DNA of 64,000 bases, from contig NIVC01000254.1 in NCBI GenBank assembly GCA_002269645.1, positions 248,001-312,000 of the forward strand, given 5' to 3'. This document shows, piece after piece, positions 38,142 through 51,176 of the stretch. This stretch comes from Macrostomum lignano. Lineage: Eukaryota. Numbering within the stretch: the stretch's first letter is position 1; each line of letters opens with the position of its first letter. The position numbers were made by a program, and so were the translations under genes. The notes under the pieces were generated by a model, which worked only from the letters and a program-made list of their open reading frames with translations, was not told the DNA's origin and ran no database searches.

Positions 38142-39209
38142 TGAAGTGAGCACTAGTTTAGTGTTAGGTGCCCCCTTTGTCAGCTGTGCCCTGCGCCCTT
38201 CTGAGCTGTTGGCTGCCGCTGGCCGCAGCTCTCCCTCTCGCTCTCCCTCTCTCCCTGTCCCTCTCTCCCTCTCCCGCTCCCTTCTCTCCCTTTCCCTCCC
38301 TTGTTGTCCTTTGTCTGCTTGCGCTCCCTTTTGTCCCCCCCTTTTTCCTGTTCGTTTGCGTTCCCAGCGTCTGAGCTTCTCCGCTCAGCCTGTCCTTGAT
38401 TCTTTGTCTGTCCCCTACCCCCCTTTTGTGTGACTGCGTTCTTTTGGCTCGAGTCCAGCTTGTTCCGGCTGTCCTCTCTCTGTCTCGCCGTACGAGAGCG
38501 GATCACGTGCCCCAGGCGCTCTGTCCTTTTGCGCTCCCTTGTGCAATCTCGTGTGTCAGGCTCTAAATTAGGAAAGGCGTCCTTGCCTCTCAAGTTGGGG
38601 GTTCCGCGCCTGTTTCTAAATTTAGATCTGAATCACGCCAGATTGGGGGGCAGTGAGAGCGGCCTTGCGTACTCTGGCGCAATGGGGAGGCTTTCACTGT
38701 ATGGTGAAATCGATCCGCTACCCTATAAGTACGGGCCTCTCGTGCCTCTGTTTGGCAACCCTCTGTGAAACCTCTCGTTTACCTGCGCGTTAACCCTTCT
38801 GATAACTGCTCTGTTGGAAGTCCAGCGCAGCTTGCGCTAGGCCTTAGCCAACTTATCTGACTTCTGATCCATTTTCGACTGTGTGCCTGTGAGTGAGTGC
38901 GAAACTCCCGACAGGACTAACAGAAACTAGCACAGTTCCTCATCCCCGCACTTGAGCCCGGCAGGAACCGCTGACGAGGTGTGCACCGGTGTGAGCTGTC
39001 AAATCTGCACGGCGTGCTGAGTTTTCGTGTCTCGTTTATTTCGCTCAGCCCGGAGTCTCCCTCATCGAAGGACAAGATCCGAGCGAGCTGGTGGCAGCAC
39101 TACCAACGCTACTAAGAATTGCTAGAAGGCTTCCTGGGAGAGTCTACCAAGAGCTCAAAGTAAGCAGCTCGCGGGACTGACAGGGAAGTAGCCGGAACCA
39201 AGTACTTCA
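38142..39209 (+). mobile_element. LTR of a second family (B), 1068 bp
   Basis: Inverted termini TGAAGT...ACTTCA; purine tract AACGGGGAGAG at 38131-38141; PBS immediately downstream. Confidence 0.78.
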
Positions 39210-39210
39210 C

Positions 39211-39229
39211 TGGTGGCAGCGGTGGGATT
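39211..39229 (+). promoter_or_regulatory. Primer-binding site, tRNA-Leu(AAG/TAG)
   Basis: TGGTGGCAGCGGTGGGATT, 1 nt after the LTR CA. Confidence 0.85.
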
Positions 39230-39290
39230 CCAAGACCTACAGCTAGGCCACCCGAGACAAAATAAGAGACCACCAACAACTATACTTCAT

Positions 39291-39682
39291 GAGTCATTTG
39301 CCCGTGGGGCGTAAAATAACCCAGTCTCATCTCGAAGCAAGCTCTGAGACTTCAACGTTCCGTAATACGTAAATTACGGTGGTGGCAGCGCTACTCTACT
39401 GTTAGTAAGAAGTTAAACATACGAGGTACATTAAGTTTCGGTGTCTGAGGACCCGCTCTGAACGCTCGCGCCTAACGAAGACCGCTTGCCTACGACTGAG
39501 ACTACCCTTCCCCCGGAATTGAGGACCCCGGCAGACGGAGTATCTACGAGACTTCTAAATTGGGATTCGTCAACGCAATTTCCGGATTTAATCTGTGCGA
39601 ATTAACGACGGCGCCGATTCGAAGGCCTGAGCCGCTCATACTCGACATTAAATCAAGCGAACACCGGACGATCCCACCCACA
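39291..39682 (+). mobile_element. Diverged homolog of the R/U5 part of the element-A LTR (copy C)
   Basis: Colinear motif matches to 21166-21600; ends CCCACCCACA. Confidence 0.75.
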
Positions 39683-40256
39683 ACCAAGAACTCTATCAGT
39701 AGGATCTTCCCATCGTCCGTCCAGCTTTTCGATTGGAACCATCTCGTGCAGAATTTGAAAAGGTGGTTAAGCGATAAGCACTATTCTGCTGACGACAGCA
39801 CGAACTATGTCGACGACCTTTATCACCTTCTGCGTGCACCATCGGTTGAGAATTTAAACTCCAACCTCGAAAGAATCGAAGAAACATGGGACTTTCAAGC
39901 TCACAAATATTTGAAGGACAATATGCTGTCCGATATCCGTGATCACGCCGCCGCTTTTGTGTTATTTTTTTTTTGGTTTTCAAATCCCGAGTCAGGCTGC
40001 TACACAAATGCAGCGGAGTCTTATAATGCGACTCTAAAGAGATCTGCAGACTGGAACTTGTTGCCACTTGAAGATCTGGTTCTGCTTCTCACTCGCTTGC
40101 AGTGCCTAAGTTTATCCGAGATGCGCCGATATCAATCCGGCACTGGAGAATGGAAGACGTGCGTCAATACGTGGATGCTTGAGTTGATCGTCCAAAAGCC
40201 ACCGTGGACCTCCAATAATCTTTCTGCGGTCAAGACTGCATGCAGTTCAGACACGC

Positions 40257-43200
40257 TGTGATAGCTTGGCCTGCGTGCGCGCTGGGGGCGGGGCTAGGTT
40301 GAGTTGTTTTGCTCTCTCTCTCTCTCTCTCGCTGCATGTACTTGCTAGCGCGGGTTGGGGGTGCGGTGAGTATGCCGATCAATAACAAATAGTTAATATA
40401 AAGCAGGCTTTTTAGCCGGTAAAGTTTTTCGTGCTTTTGAGCCAAAATAAAGTTTTGTCTTGACTTTATTTCACTGGCGACGAGGATGGCCACTGGGCCA
40501 CTGTGTAGCATAGGGCCGTTTGAGCCTGAGACGGAGGACTGGTCGCAATACAAGGAGCGCATCGAACAAGTGTTCATTGCAAACGAAATCGAAAGCGAAG
40601 AGAAGAAGCGAGCGGTATTCCTCAGCGTGTGCGGCAAGGACACCTATAGGCTTGTCACCAGTCTTCTGGCCCCAGTTAAGCCTTCAGAGGCTTCCTTCGC
40701 TAACATCTGCGAAAAGCTTGACGATCACTGGGACCCAAAGCCGTCAGAGATCGTGCAAAGGTTCCACTTCTACCAGCGCGTTCGAGAGAGCTCGGAGTCC
40801 GTGGCCGACTTCCTGGCGGCACTGCGGCGTTTGGCTGTCCACTGCAACTTCGGTAACAGTTTGAGCACCATGCTGAGAGATCGTCTGGTGCTTGGCATCC
40901 AGGATGATCGCATACAGCGCAGACTCCTGTCCGAGACAGAGTTGGACCTGGACAGAGCACTGGCGATCTCCCAGGCGGTGGAGCTGGCAACCAAGGGCTG
41001 CAACTTGGTCAAGGGCTCGTCCTCAGGAACCCCGCAAACCGCCTCGGCAGCATCGGTAGACCAAGTCGGCCAGACCACTGCGGTAGCGACTCAGCGACCT
41101 GCGAAAAGGTGCTACAGGTGTCTGTCAGCAAAACACCTGGCGGCGAAGTGCCCATTCATGAAGAAGGCCTGTTTCAAGTGCGGCAAGATGGGGCACACCG
41201 CTGCAGCCTGTCGAGGAGGCTCGGATTCGGCTGGAGCTGAGCCGCGGTCGCAAGTCGCCGCTGTGGAGGAGGAAAGCCAAGACTGCGGCTCCCTGAACAC
41301 CTTGCCCAGTGCAGCTGCCAAGGTACCGCCGTACATCACCACAGTCCTGCTCAACGGAGTGTCCTGCCAGATGGAGATCGACACGGGCGCGGCGGTATCG
41401 CTGATATCGGCTAGAGCCTATCACGACCTGCTGGGCGGGGCTCCTGAGCTCGAGCGGACCCCGATTCGACTGCGGAACTACTGCGGACAGCCGGTCAGTG
41501 TACTCGGTCAGATCAGCGTGTCTGCAGAGTTTCCAGGTAAAGCCAAGCAGCTTCTTCCTCTTCTAGTGGTATCTGGATCCGGGTCCAGCCTCATCGGTAG
41601 GAACTGGCTGGCTGTACTGCCGTTGAATTGGGGGAGCGTCAAGCAGCTGCACGAAGCGTCGGCTCCAAAGGATCAGCAAGTGCAGAAGTTGCTAGAGAGG
41701 TTCAGCTCCGTTTTCTCGAGTGGCCTCGGCTGCTACACGGGTGAACCTCTGAAACTGCGAGTGAAGCCCGGGGCGCGACCCAAGTTCATGAAGGCGCGGC
41801 AGGTACCTTTCGCTTTGAAGTCCAAAGTGGAAGAGCAGCTCGAGCGGGAGATCCAGCAGGGCATTCTGCGGCCGGTCTCCGATTCGGAGTATGCGTCCCC
41901 AATCGTGCCGGTACTGAAGTCGGACGGCTCCGTCAGAATCTACGCAGATTTCAAGTGCACGGTAAACCAGGACGTGGAGATGGACTGCTACCCGCTGCCA
42001 AGGATTGAGGAGTTGTTCGCCAAGCTCACCGGCGGCCAAAAGTTCACCAAGCTGGACCTCAGCCAGGCATACATGCAGCTTCCGCTCGACGAAGAGTCTC
42101 AGCGCTTGTGCACCATCAACACCTCGAAGGGTTTGCTGAGGTATACAAGGCTACCGTTTGGAATCTCACCAGCAGTTGGAATCTTCCAGAGAACCATGGA
42201 CGGCCTGCTGCATGGTGCAAAGCATACGGCAACCTTTATTGATGACGTGTTGGTGACCGGCGCCGATGACGCTGAGCACCTCGAGAATCTGGAGACCGTC
42301 CTGCAGCGCCTGAAGGATGCCGGGCTGAAGTGCCGGCTTGACAAATGCCGCTTCATGGAGAATTCGGTGACTTATTTGGGGCATCGGATTGACGCCCAGG
42401 GCCTACATCCGATGAGTGACAAGGTCAACGCGATCGTTGACGCGCCGATGCCAAAGGACGTCACGCAGTTGCGCAGTTTCTTGGGCCTCCTCAACTATTA
42501 CGGCCGGTTTCTGCCGAACCTGTCCAGCGTTCTGGCTCCTCTGCACCGGCTTCTCGAGAAAGGAACTGTCTGGCGATGGGGCGAAGCGCAGTCCGATGCT
42601 TTCCGGCGCAGCAAGGAGCTGCTATTGAGCTCGCAGGCGCTTGTCCATTTCGACGTCAAAAAGGAGGTGATTCTGGAGTGTGATAGTTCGCCATACGGGG
42701 TCGGGGCCGTCATCTGCCACCGGATTGATGGCCTTGAAAGGCCGATTGCCTTCGCGTCCCGATCGCTCGCCGACGCCGAGAGGAACTATTCGCAGACAGA
42801 GAAGGAAGCCCTGGCGATCATTTTTGGGATCAAGCACTTCCACGCCTACCTCTATGGCAAAACCTTTGAGCTCAAGAGCGACCACAAGCCGCTACTGGGC
42901 CTGCTACACGAGAGCAAGGCCATTCCACCACTGGCTTCGGCTAGGATCCAGCGTTGGGCTCTGCTGCTTTCGAACTACTCGTATCGACTGCAGTATCGCA
43001 AGGGAACTTCGCTACTGCGGGCTGACGCTCTGAGTCGGCTGCCGCTGCCGACGAAGTCAGTGGAGACGCCGTCACCAGCTGAGGTAGTGCTGCTCATCGA
43101 TGCGTTCAATGAGGGACCCGTGACGGCTGCTCAAGTTCGCGGCTGGACAAGAAAGGACCCGCTGCTCAGTCGAGTGCTGCGGCTCGTGCAAGGTGGATGG

Positions 43201-44720
43201 CCGGAGCGTCCTCGGCTGGATGCGGAACTGCAGCCGTACGCAGTTAGGGCGGCAGAGCTGAGCTTGGAGGACGGCTGCCTGCTGTGGGGCAACCGTGTGA
43301 TTGTGCCGGTTCAGGGTCGACAAGCACTGCTCGATTGTCTACATCAGAGCCACCAAGGAGCTTCTAGGATGAAGTCTCTGGCCCGAGGATATTTCTGGTG
43401 GCCGGGATTGGACCGGGACATCGAGAAGCTGTCGCAGAACTGCGGCGAGTGCCAGCGTCATCAGAACTGCCCGCCGCCAGCCCTCCTGCAGCCGTGGCCG
43501 TGGCCGGACAAGCCGTGGTCCCGGATCCACATGGACTACGCTGGACCAGTCGAGGGAAAAATGCTGTTAGTACTGGTGGACGCTCATTCGAAATGGATTG
43601 AAGTCCACATTTGCCAGTCCGCCACCAGTGCTGCCACCATCGATCGGCTAAGAAGGACTTTCAGTCAGCTGGGATTGCCTGAGGTCGTAGTGAGCGACAA
43701 CGGTCCGAATTTCGTGAGCCAAGAGATGAACAACTTCTTGGCCAGTAACGGCATCCGGCATATCAAAGTGGCTCCATATCATCCATCGTCCAACGGATTG
43801 GCCGAGCGAGCGGTCCAGACGGTGAAGGCGGCCCTGGCGAAGGGGCGGCCGGCGTCCCTGCAGTTTCGGCTAGCTCGGTTCCTGCTGACCTACCGGGTCA
43901 CTCCACACAGCACAACTGGTGCTCCACCCTGCCAGCTGATGATGGGCAGGCAGCTGCGGACGCTTCTAGACATTGTGCGGCCCGATGTCTCGGCTACAGT
44001 CAGGCGCAGCCAGGACTCGCAAAAGGAGTACCACGACCTGCGAGCCAGGGATCGCAAACTTCGAAGAAGGCGACGGTGTCCTGGTGCGCGACTTCAACGG
44101 TCCGGAGAAGTGGGCGCCGGCCTCCGTGAGTCGCCAGACCGGGCCGCTGTCCTACGAGTGCCGCCTGCCCGACGAGCGCATCGTGCGGCGGCATGCCGAC
44201 CACCTGGTGCCGGCGACAATCTCACCTGAGCAAGCTGCGGGATCGGCTCAGTCAGGTGGGGCGGCGCCACAGCTTTTGACTCCGTCGGTGACAACGTCTG
44301 AAGCGCCACCGCCGTCGCTGCCGCCGCCGCTGCTGCCGCCCCCGATGCTGCGGCGTTCGGAGAGGACTACAAGGGCACCGGATCGACTGACCTACGAGTG
44401 AACTTGATCTGACAGTGACTGACAGTTTTTTTTGGGTGTTGGGTTTTTTTCTTTTCTTTTTTGTTGTTGCAAGTTCTGTTGCTTTTGTCTTGGCATGGAG
44501 GGATGTGATAGCTTGGCCTGCGTGCGCGCTGGGGGCGGGGCTAGGTTGAGTTGTTTTGCTCTCTCTCTCTCTCTCTCGCTGCATGTACTTGCTAGCGCGG
44601 GTTGGGGGTGCGGTGAGTATGCCGATCAATAACAAATAGTTAATATAAAGCAGGCTTTTTAGCCGGTAAAGTTTTTCGTGCTTTTGAGCCAAAATAAAGT
44701 TTTGTCTTGAATTTATTTCA
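40257..44720 (+). mobile_element. Young Mag-type Ty3/Gypsy retrotransposon
   Basis: 217-bp LTRs 40257-40473 and 44504-44720 (one substitution seen); 5-bp TSD CACGC; PBS TGGCGACGAGGATGG (tRNA-Ser GCT-like); short purine tract before the 3' LTR. Confidence 0.96.
40486..44401 (+). CDS. pol: Single gag-pol polyprotein; one +1 frameshift near 44057 in the integrase C-terminus
   Basis: Two zinc knuckles, IDTGA protease, FIDD RT, CDSS RNase H, and HMD...D...E integrase. The C-terminal FEEGDGVLVRDF tail lies in the 43973-44401 frame. Confidence 0.95.
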
Positions 44721-47225
44721 CACGCACTCAAAAAACCAGGCCTCTACAACTTACAATGTCTGCACTCAGCTTGCGCGTGACATCCTTGAAAATAACGGAG
44801 TCACTCATGTTCCCAGCAAAAAGGTTTTTGTTGTCGAAGTATCCAAGGAAAAGAAGCATTTAGTTTCCCTCTATCCTACTGAAACATGTGACTGTAAAAA
44901 TTCGCCAAAGTGCTGTCACATCCTTGCGGCAAAACTCTCAATTGGCGACACCTCGACAGTCACATCTAAGAAAACGCCGACAGTGACAAAGCTGCAGCGC
45001 AGCAGTAGACAACGATCCGGTCAGAAGCGCCCAAGAAATTGTGATTCTGACTTGGACCCTCAGTCGAAAAGAACTGAAAAAAATCGTACCGACAAGGCAA
45101 GCGCCTGCGACAATTATACCACCGATGACAATGACATAAATCAAGAGAAAGTACAGATTTGGCTTCCAACAGGCATACCAAACTTCGGCGAATCCTGTTG
45201 GTTTAATGCAGGAATTCAAGCTATTGTCGCCGCTTTGAGGGCATCAGGTGTGAATGCCTGTGAACTTGGTACTGAACCGGAAATGCAGCTGATCAAGACG
45301 TTGCTCACTGATCCGAGTTTGCAAGGCAATTTTGCTGCCCAGACAATTCGAAAGCAAGCTCTGGCAGCCTTTCAAAAATATAATAACGAAGTCGACATAG
45401 ACAGTGCGGCTCAACAGAAATGCGCCATTGAAATGGTCGAAAATGTTATCCAACTGCCGCAAATTCAGACGTCTTTTTCATTTGAGGTAAAAATGATATT
45501 TTATATTTAATTTGTTATATACCGGCCGGGTTAGCGTTTTTCTCTGAGCCATGTATACTTTTTATAAAGGTACAACTTCCCCCAACCAAAACTTTATACT
45601 TCTAGAAAACCACGTACACAATGTGCATCCAATGCAACTGCGTGTCGTCTTATTGCTCCGCAACCAAGCACAGTCTGGCTTTAATTCCGCGCGCAAAACA
45701 ATGCGGAGCAGGAGAATCTTGTCGATATCATTCAGAATGATTTTCGGAGTTTTAAATAATCGACGATCAATCAGCGAATATTTGCTTAAACTGTGGCAGT
45801 TCGAAGTCCGTACAGGTATCGGATGCGTTCAGCACCCCTAGAATTTTATGCGCTGCTATCTATCGGGCCCAAACCAGTAGTGGCGGCAAGATTTCAAAAA
45901 ACCGAGTGCCAGTTCCGATTTGCCAATCGTTTCGACTGAATGATGCGCAGATGTATCATCTAAAGGCAGTAATAGTTCACAAGGGGACTGCAGTTGCTCG
46001 AGGCCATTATGTCTGCTACGTTTTCACGTCCGATGGAGATGTTTACTTGGTAGACGATTTAAGCGTTCGCCCAGCTACAGCGGAGTTTTCGCTCAACAGC
46101 ATCAGTCGGGACTCTGCCGTTCTAATGTACTCAAAGTAGTCAAAATTCCTTTGAGTTTATCTTATTATATAGTCTAGATGCCAAAATTCCATAAAGAAAG
46201 ACTGCTGAATTTTCGCGAATTTTCTGGTATTGAGTGTAATGATGTACTTAGTTAATTAATTTTTGGTGGTATTTCAACATATTGAAACCATGCTGAATGC
46301 AGTGCGCGAACTTTACATCGAAAAGGAAGACTGATTTCACTTTGAATTTATGGTACTTAAAATGATTGATAAAACACCCAACTATTTTTATTTATTTTGT
46401 GAAGCAAAAAATAATTATAATAAATAAACACTCTAAATATAAATTGAAAAAGCCTTTTACAGTTACAATATAAATGCTAGTGTAGCAATTGTTATAACTA
46501 ATAAAACAAATTTGAGAATCTACGCGTTCGCTTTTAAAAGACTCTCTCTACTGTAGTGTACAGGTTCCTTCAAGGTTGCATTGCGTCTATCTGCTGGCTT
46601 GCTTGACTTACCAAACAAATACTAATAAATAAATTTACTCTTGTTTTGCCTGTGAATTCTAGGCCAATACGAAAAGCGTATAATTTGTCTAATTTATATA
46701 TTTTGTAGGCCCTAGGCCTAGTTAATTATGCTTGCTTAATCCTAGTTACTTTTTGAATATAAAAATTAAAGATTGGGCCTAGGCCCTAATGGATTAGGAC
46801 CTGGCCTCTAATTAATTACTTTTACTGAATTTTATCATATTGATAAGAATTTGTTCTTACTTTTACATAAATAATGTGGTCTGCTTATAATATGCTCTAA
46901 AATGATGTTTGTTTTTCAACTCTAATTAATTATACCTAGGCCCTACTTACTTAAGAGTTATAAGGTCAAGGAATCTACTGCAAGTCTAAGAAAGTATAAT
47001 TTTATCTCTTGCCTCTTGGTCTAAAAAATGTTAATCTTCTCTAATCTTCGCAAAAAAATAATTAAGTGGTCCTAGCCTAAGCCAAAAAACATTCACATAA
47101 AGTTAGACTTTTTGTATTTTATTGTAAACTTAATGTTTAAGTGTGTTTAGTAAATTAAAAATTTATAACTAATCTGTTTTGTATTAATTTTATTTCTTTT
47201 ATCATTGTCTTAGATTTCATTAGAA

Positions 47226-48400
47226 ATGGAAAAGCGAAATCAAAATCGTAAAGTCCAAGAACAATTGATTCAAGATCTAACTGGGTTTTTTTCTGGAGAT
47301 CAACAAGCTTCTTCATTTAATCCTAATTCTAGGCCTACTATTGAGCCTATTGCTATTAATGAAACTTTGACCTTGACTAGGCCTAGTGAAGTATCAGCTT
47401 CAATTTTGTTAGAAAGTGATAAGCAGTCAAGTATATATAAAGGAATTAATCATTCCAACAACTGTACACTTTCTTTTGATAAGCGAACTGATGCAGAATA
47501 TGCAGCATTTAAAGAAAACAATATGCTTTCAAGGTCACCATTATTGGGTGTTGTTCCATTCTATTCTTATTTTGTTCCAGATGTAATGCATACTGTATAT
47601 CTTGGTGTTATGAAAATAATGATGAAGCTGTATTTCTCACGAGTGAAAGGCATCCGAGTTAAATGTCATGTTCCAATTAGTTTAATCACTAAGTGCAATG
47701 AAGATATTAACGATCTAAAATGCTTTGTACCTGCTGAGTTTCAGAGAAAGCCTCGTAGAATTCAAGATTTGGCTCATTACAAAGCCACTGCGTATCGGGC
47801 TTGGTTACTATACTATGGACCTTTCTTGTTCAAGTCAATTCTTAGTACTGAATTTTATGAACACTTTCTTTTGCTGCATATGGCTATGTATATCTATAGC
47901 TGCCCTAGGCTAAATCATCTAAAGCATGTGGCAAAGCAATTTATTTACTCTTTTGTCAGCAAAATATGCAGTCCAATGTTTCACCCATGTCTTTGTACAT
48001 TTAACTTTCATGGCTTATTGCACATTGCTGACTTTATGGAATCTTGGTCTGTTGCTGAAGAAATATCAGCATTTAAATATGAAAACTATCTATCTTTATT
48101 GAAGAAAAGAATACGTGCTAACAATGGCATATTTCAACAGTCAGTCAGCCAAGTTACAAAAATTAGGGAATTATATTTTAGCACAGAACAACCCAATCCA
48201 AAATATAGCATCGATTCTCCTAACAATTTTGTCCAGACACACTGTGGTATAATTGTCCAAATTACTGAAGTAGATGCAAATAATTGCTTATCTGGTTGCA
48301 TTCTTGTATTTAACCATAGCCTATATTCATTCAAGGAGAGTAACAATAAATTTTGGGAGTCCAAGGCACTAGGAATTGGCTATTATTCAGTTTCTAGAAA
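47226..48400 (+). pseudogene. CMC/EnSpm (CACTA)-like transposase, partial
   Basis: DVMHTVYLGV, PAEFQRKPR, YKAT.YR..LLYYGP, NFHGLLH and SAFKYEN. The ORF tail runs into unrelated DNA. Confidence 0.8.
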
Positions 48401-48544
48401 GCGCATGTCTAGTGTTAAACTAGCGATAACTCGAGCGACGCGTGTGTGCAAAGTACACCTTGTCGCCGGATTTTCTGTCGCCGCTTTGACCATGTCGTCA
48501 GATCGATCTTGTCACCGGTTTGGCACCTGTTACGTCTGAAATGT

Positions 48545-48915
48545 ATATTTTTACGGCAAAAAGAGCTGTCGCACTTCAGGACTGATTGCAAACTTCTGAG
48601 TTGTTATCTCGCACCGAAGGTACGCAGAGTGTGGTACGTGCAAATCTGAATCTTGGCGTCTGGGAATGCCGAAGCGAAGATATCTCTCTCTACAAAGTCT
48701 TTATCCGCCGTAATTACTTTTACGTCCTTCCACGACGGATTGTCCTTCTTTAGTTTCTCGACGACAGCAGTTATCGCATCCTTGGTCTCTGATTCCACGA
48801 GCCAAAACGCAGCAACCTCCGTTTCACCGTTTCCGTCTTCAACGGCGAGAATGTACAACGCGAATCCAACATCGGTGACACTGTATGTTGCATCTATAAA
48901 CAGATGTTGCATTAA
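48545..48915 (-). pseudogene. MULE transposase DDE-core fragment (ZSWIM1/3-like)
   Basis: FIDATY, EDGNG, TADKD and FP...ICTYH; frameshift after TF. Confidence 0.82.
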
Positions 48916-48934
48916 GAGACACTCAGCTTCTGCT

Positions 48935-49200
48935 TTATGACATGATGTCTCATGTAATGCTTATACTCTAATTTATGCATAATGTCCCATGTAATGCTTA
49001 TACTCTAAATTTAGGACGTGATGTCTCATGTAATGCTTTTACTTTAATTTATGCATGATGTCTCATGTAATGCTTTTACTTTAATTTATGCATGATGTCT
49101 CATATGTAATGCTTATACTCTAATTTATGCATGATGTCTCGTAATGCTGATACTCTAAATTTAGGACATGATGTCTCGTAATGCTTATACTCTAAATTTA
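48935..49200 (+). repeat. 37-bp AT-rich minisatellite (CATGATGTCTCATGTAATGCTTATACTCTAATTTATG)
   Basis: Period of 37 seen (49021 to 49058). Confidence 0.88.
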
Positions 49201-50489
49201 TGCCACAATGCCCACAATGCTTCACTTAATAAAGCTTAAACATGATAATTTCATGACATGGTGTCTCACTTGATCATTAGTTTAAATATATTAAATTATT
49301 CCACAAAATTTTACCGTTTTGAATTTCCACATTTTTTTCTTTTGCATTTAGAGTACAGCACAACAGCATGGGGTTTTATAATTAAGGCGGCCAATATGCT
49401 TCTGTCATGGTCAGTTAAATACAAGCATACAAGCAGTACATACAAGCGCTCGATCAGTCAAGCAGCATTTATGCTATTGGCAGACCATATTGAAAACATG
49501 TTGCATTCATGTCTAAATGTCACATGATTTCCACGTAGAATCGACCTACATGCGCGGGGCAAATTCGACATGATTTCCACGTTGAAATTCGATGTGGATT
49601 CCAAGTCGCATTTTTCACCGGGAAGCTAATCAAATTTCGACAAGCAAGAGAGGCACGAGTCTATATATCTAAGGGAAGGGGCCGCAGTTCGACGCTGTAC
49701 ATGATAATGACCTTGTGAAGTTAGTTCAGCGTATATTATGTTTTCAACGTTTTTTCCTATTCTGTTTTAGTTATAGTTGATTCTTTCTCCAGGTAATTTC
49801 ATTGCCTGTTGTTTTGCCAGTTCTTGTAGTTCAACAAAGCAGAATTAGATATGCATGCCAAATACCTTTTGTGGATTTTCGCGTTGTAAATCTTTGAAAA
49901 GAAAATTTTGAAGAGAAAGAGTGTATCTTAACATGAAAATATGTATAATTTATCAAAAATTTACATGCCATGTGTATATGTTTACTGTACCTTTTGTTGT
50001 ACTTTGTTTAAAATGCAAAGTTCGACAGTATAAAGTATAGTTTTCTTTTTTCTTGATATGTTTATGCTTTTTCTTCATTTGTCCTGTACATTTTTTGAAA
50101 ACAGTTCGAATATTTTTGAACAATTGTTAATTAAAGGTTTATTTGTATTATCCAAAATAAAAAATCAACAGGATTTTTCAATATGTACTTTGGTTTCTTG
50201 GGACTTTGCCAACACATTTTCAATTTCTAGTTAATATTCCTTCTGAATTACTTCACCTGTATTGTTTGTTGTTTTTGTGAGCATCTGAGCAATTTTGATT
50301 TTATTTTATTCCATTTTATAATGGAATTTTTTTGCTACTCGTTCAAATATTGTGTGAATTTTTACACAGGACGATTTAGTTAGTATCTTTCTTGCAAATT
50401 ACAAACAAATATGCATTGCTACAAAGGATGATGCAAAATCAGATACATGCAAACAGAAACATGATTGAGGGAGTGTGCATTCCCTCAAC

Positions 50490-51016
50490 TATAACTAATT
50501 TTCGACTAATAAACTTGCGGCTAAACTTAATAAAACCTTAATTAATTTGCTAATTAACTTTCGGCATCCACTAACTGAAGCATTCGCTATAGTCTATATT
50601 AAGTCATTTGCCCGTGGGGCGTAAAACAACCAAAAGTTCTCATCTCAAAGAAAGCTCTGAGAATTCAACGTTCCGTAATACGCAAATTACGGTGGTGGCA
50701 GCTCTACCCTACTGAAAGTAAGCAGTTCAGCGATTTCAACGCGTAATTTCTACGGTGTCAAAAGCTCCGGTGTCTACCATCTGAACGACCGTGCCGCTCT
50801 AACGACCGCTCTGCTACGATCACGACTACCCTCCCCTGGACTTGAGGAACCCGGCAGTCGGAGTAACAAAGGAGAAAAGCGTCCGATTGATTCTGTGAAA
50901 TTTTCTGGCTTTACGAGTGCCAAGATCACGAAGGCGGCAGTTCAAAGGTTTAGAAAACCAACCAGCCCGAACCAAAATAACCTTAAAATTTTTCTTTTTT
51001 TGTCCGACTCACCTCA
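50490..51016 (+). mobile_element. Truncated LTR (R/U5) related to element A (copy D)
   Basis: AATAAA context, the shared module at 50601-50865, and a CACCTCA terminus like that of LTR A. Confidence 0.72.
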
Positions 51017-51176
51017 AGTTGAATGTTAATTTTTTAGGTATCAATAAAACTTACGTTCTGTTTATGACTTTCTTAGCAGTAAGTGCATAAATTTGTAAAA
51101 AAATAAACATATTTTGCACTTTACAAGCACCGAGCTTTTACTTTAGTAAGATTCAATAAAATTTTGTTTAGCTACA

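Larger units (their letters stand above)
39683..46139 (+). pseudogene. Mutator-like transposase C-terminal half + SWIM finger + USP/peptidase C19 domain (39683-40256, 44726-45486, 45606-46139); 5'-truncated and split by a Gypsy element
   Basis: FP...WNH and TNAAESYNATLK; SWIM CDC...CCH; Cys box GIPNFGESCWFN; His box HKG...GHYVCY...DD. The frame is restored exactly when the Gypsy and one TSD copy are removed. Confidence 0.75.

Noticed and set aside
40230-44731. Antisense and alternative-frame ORFs over the Gypsy, hAT and PIF1 coding regions
   Set aside because: They are shadows of GC-rich coding sequence with no independent motifs.
48545-48915. MULE DDE fragment as the missing 5' half of the MULE-USP gene
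   Set aside because: It is on the opposite strand, overlaps the same FP...CxxH region with a different sequence, and belongs to a different subfamily.
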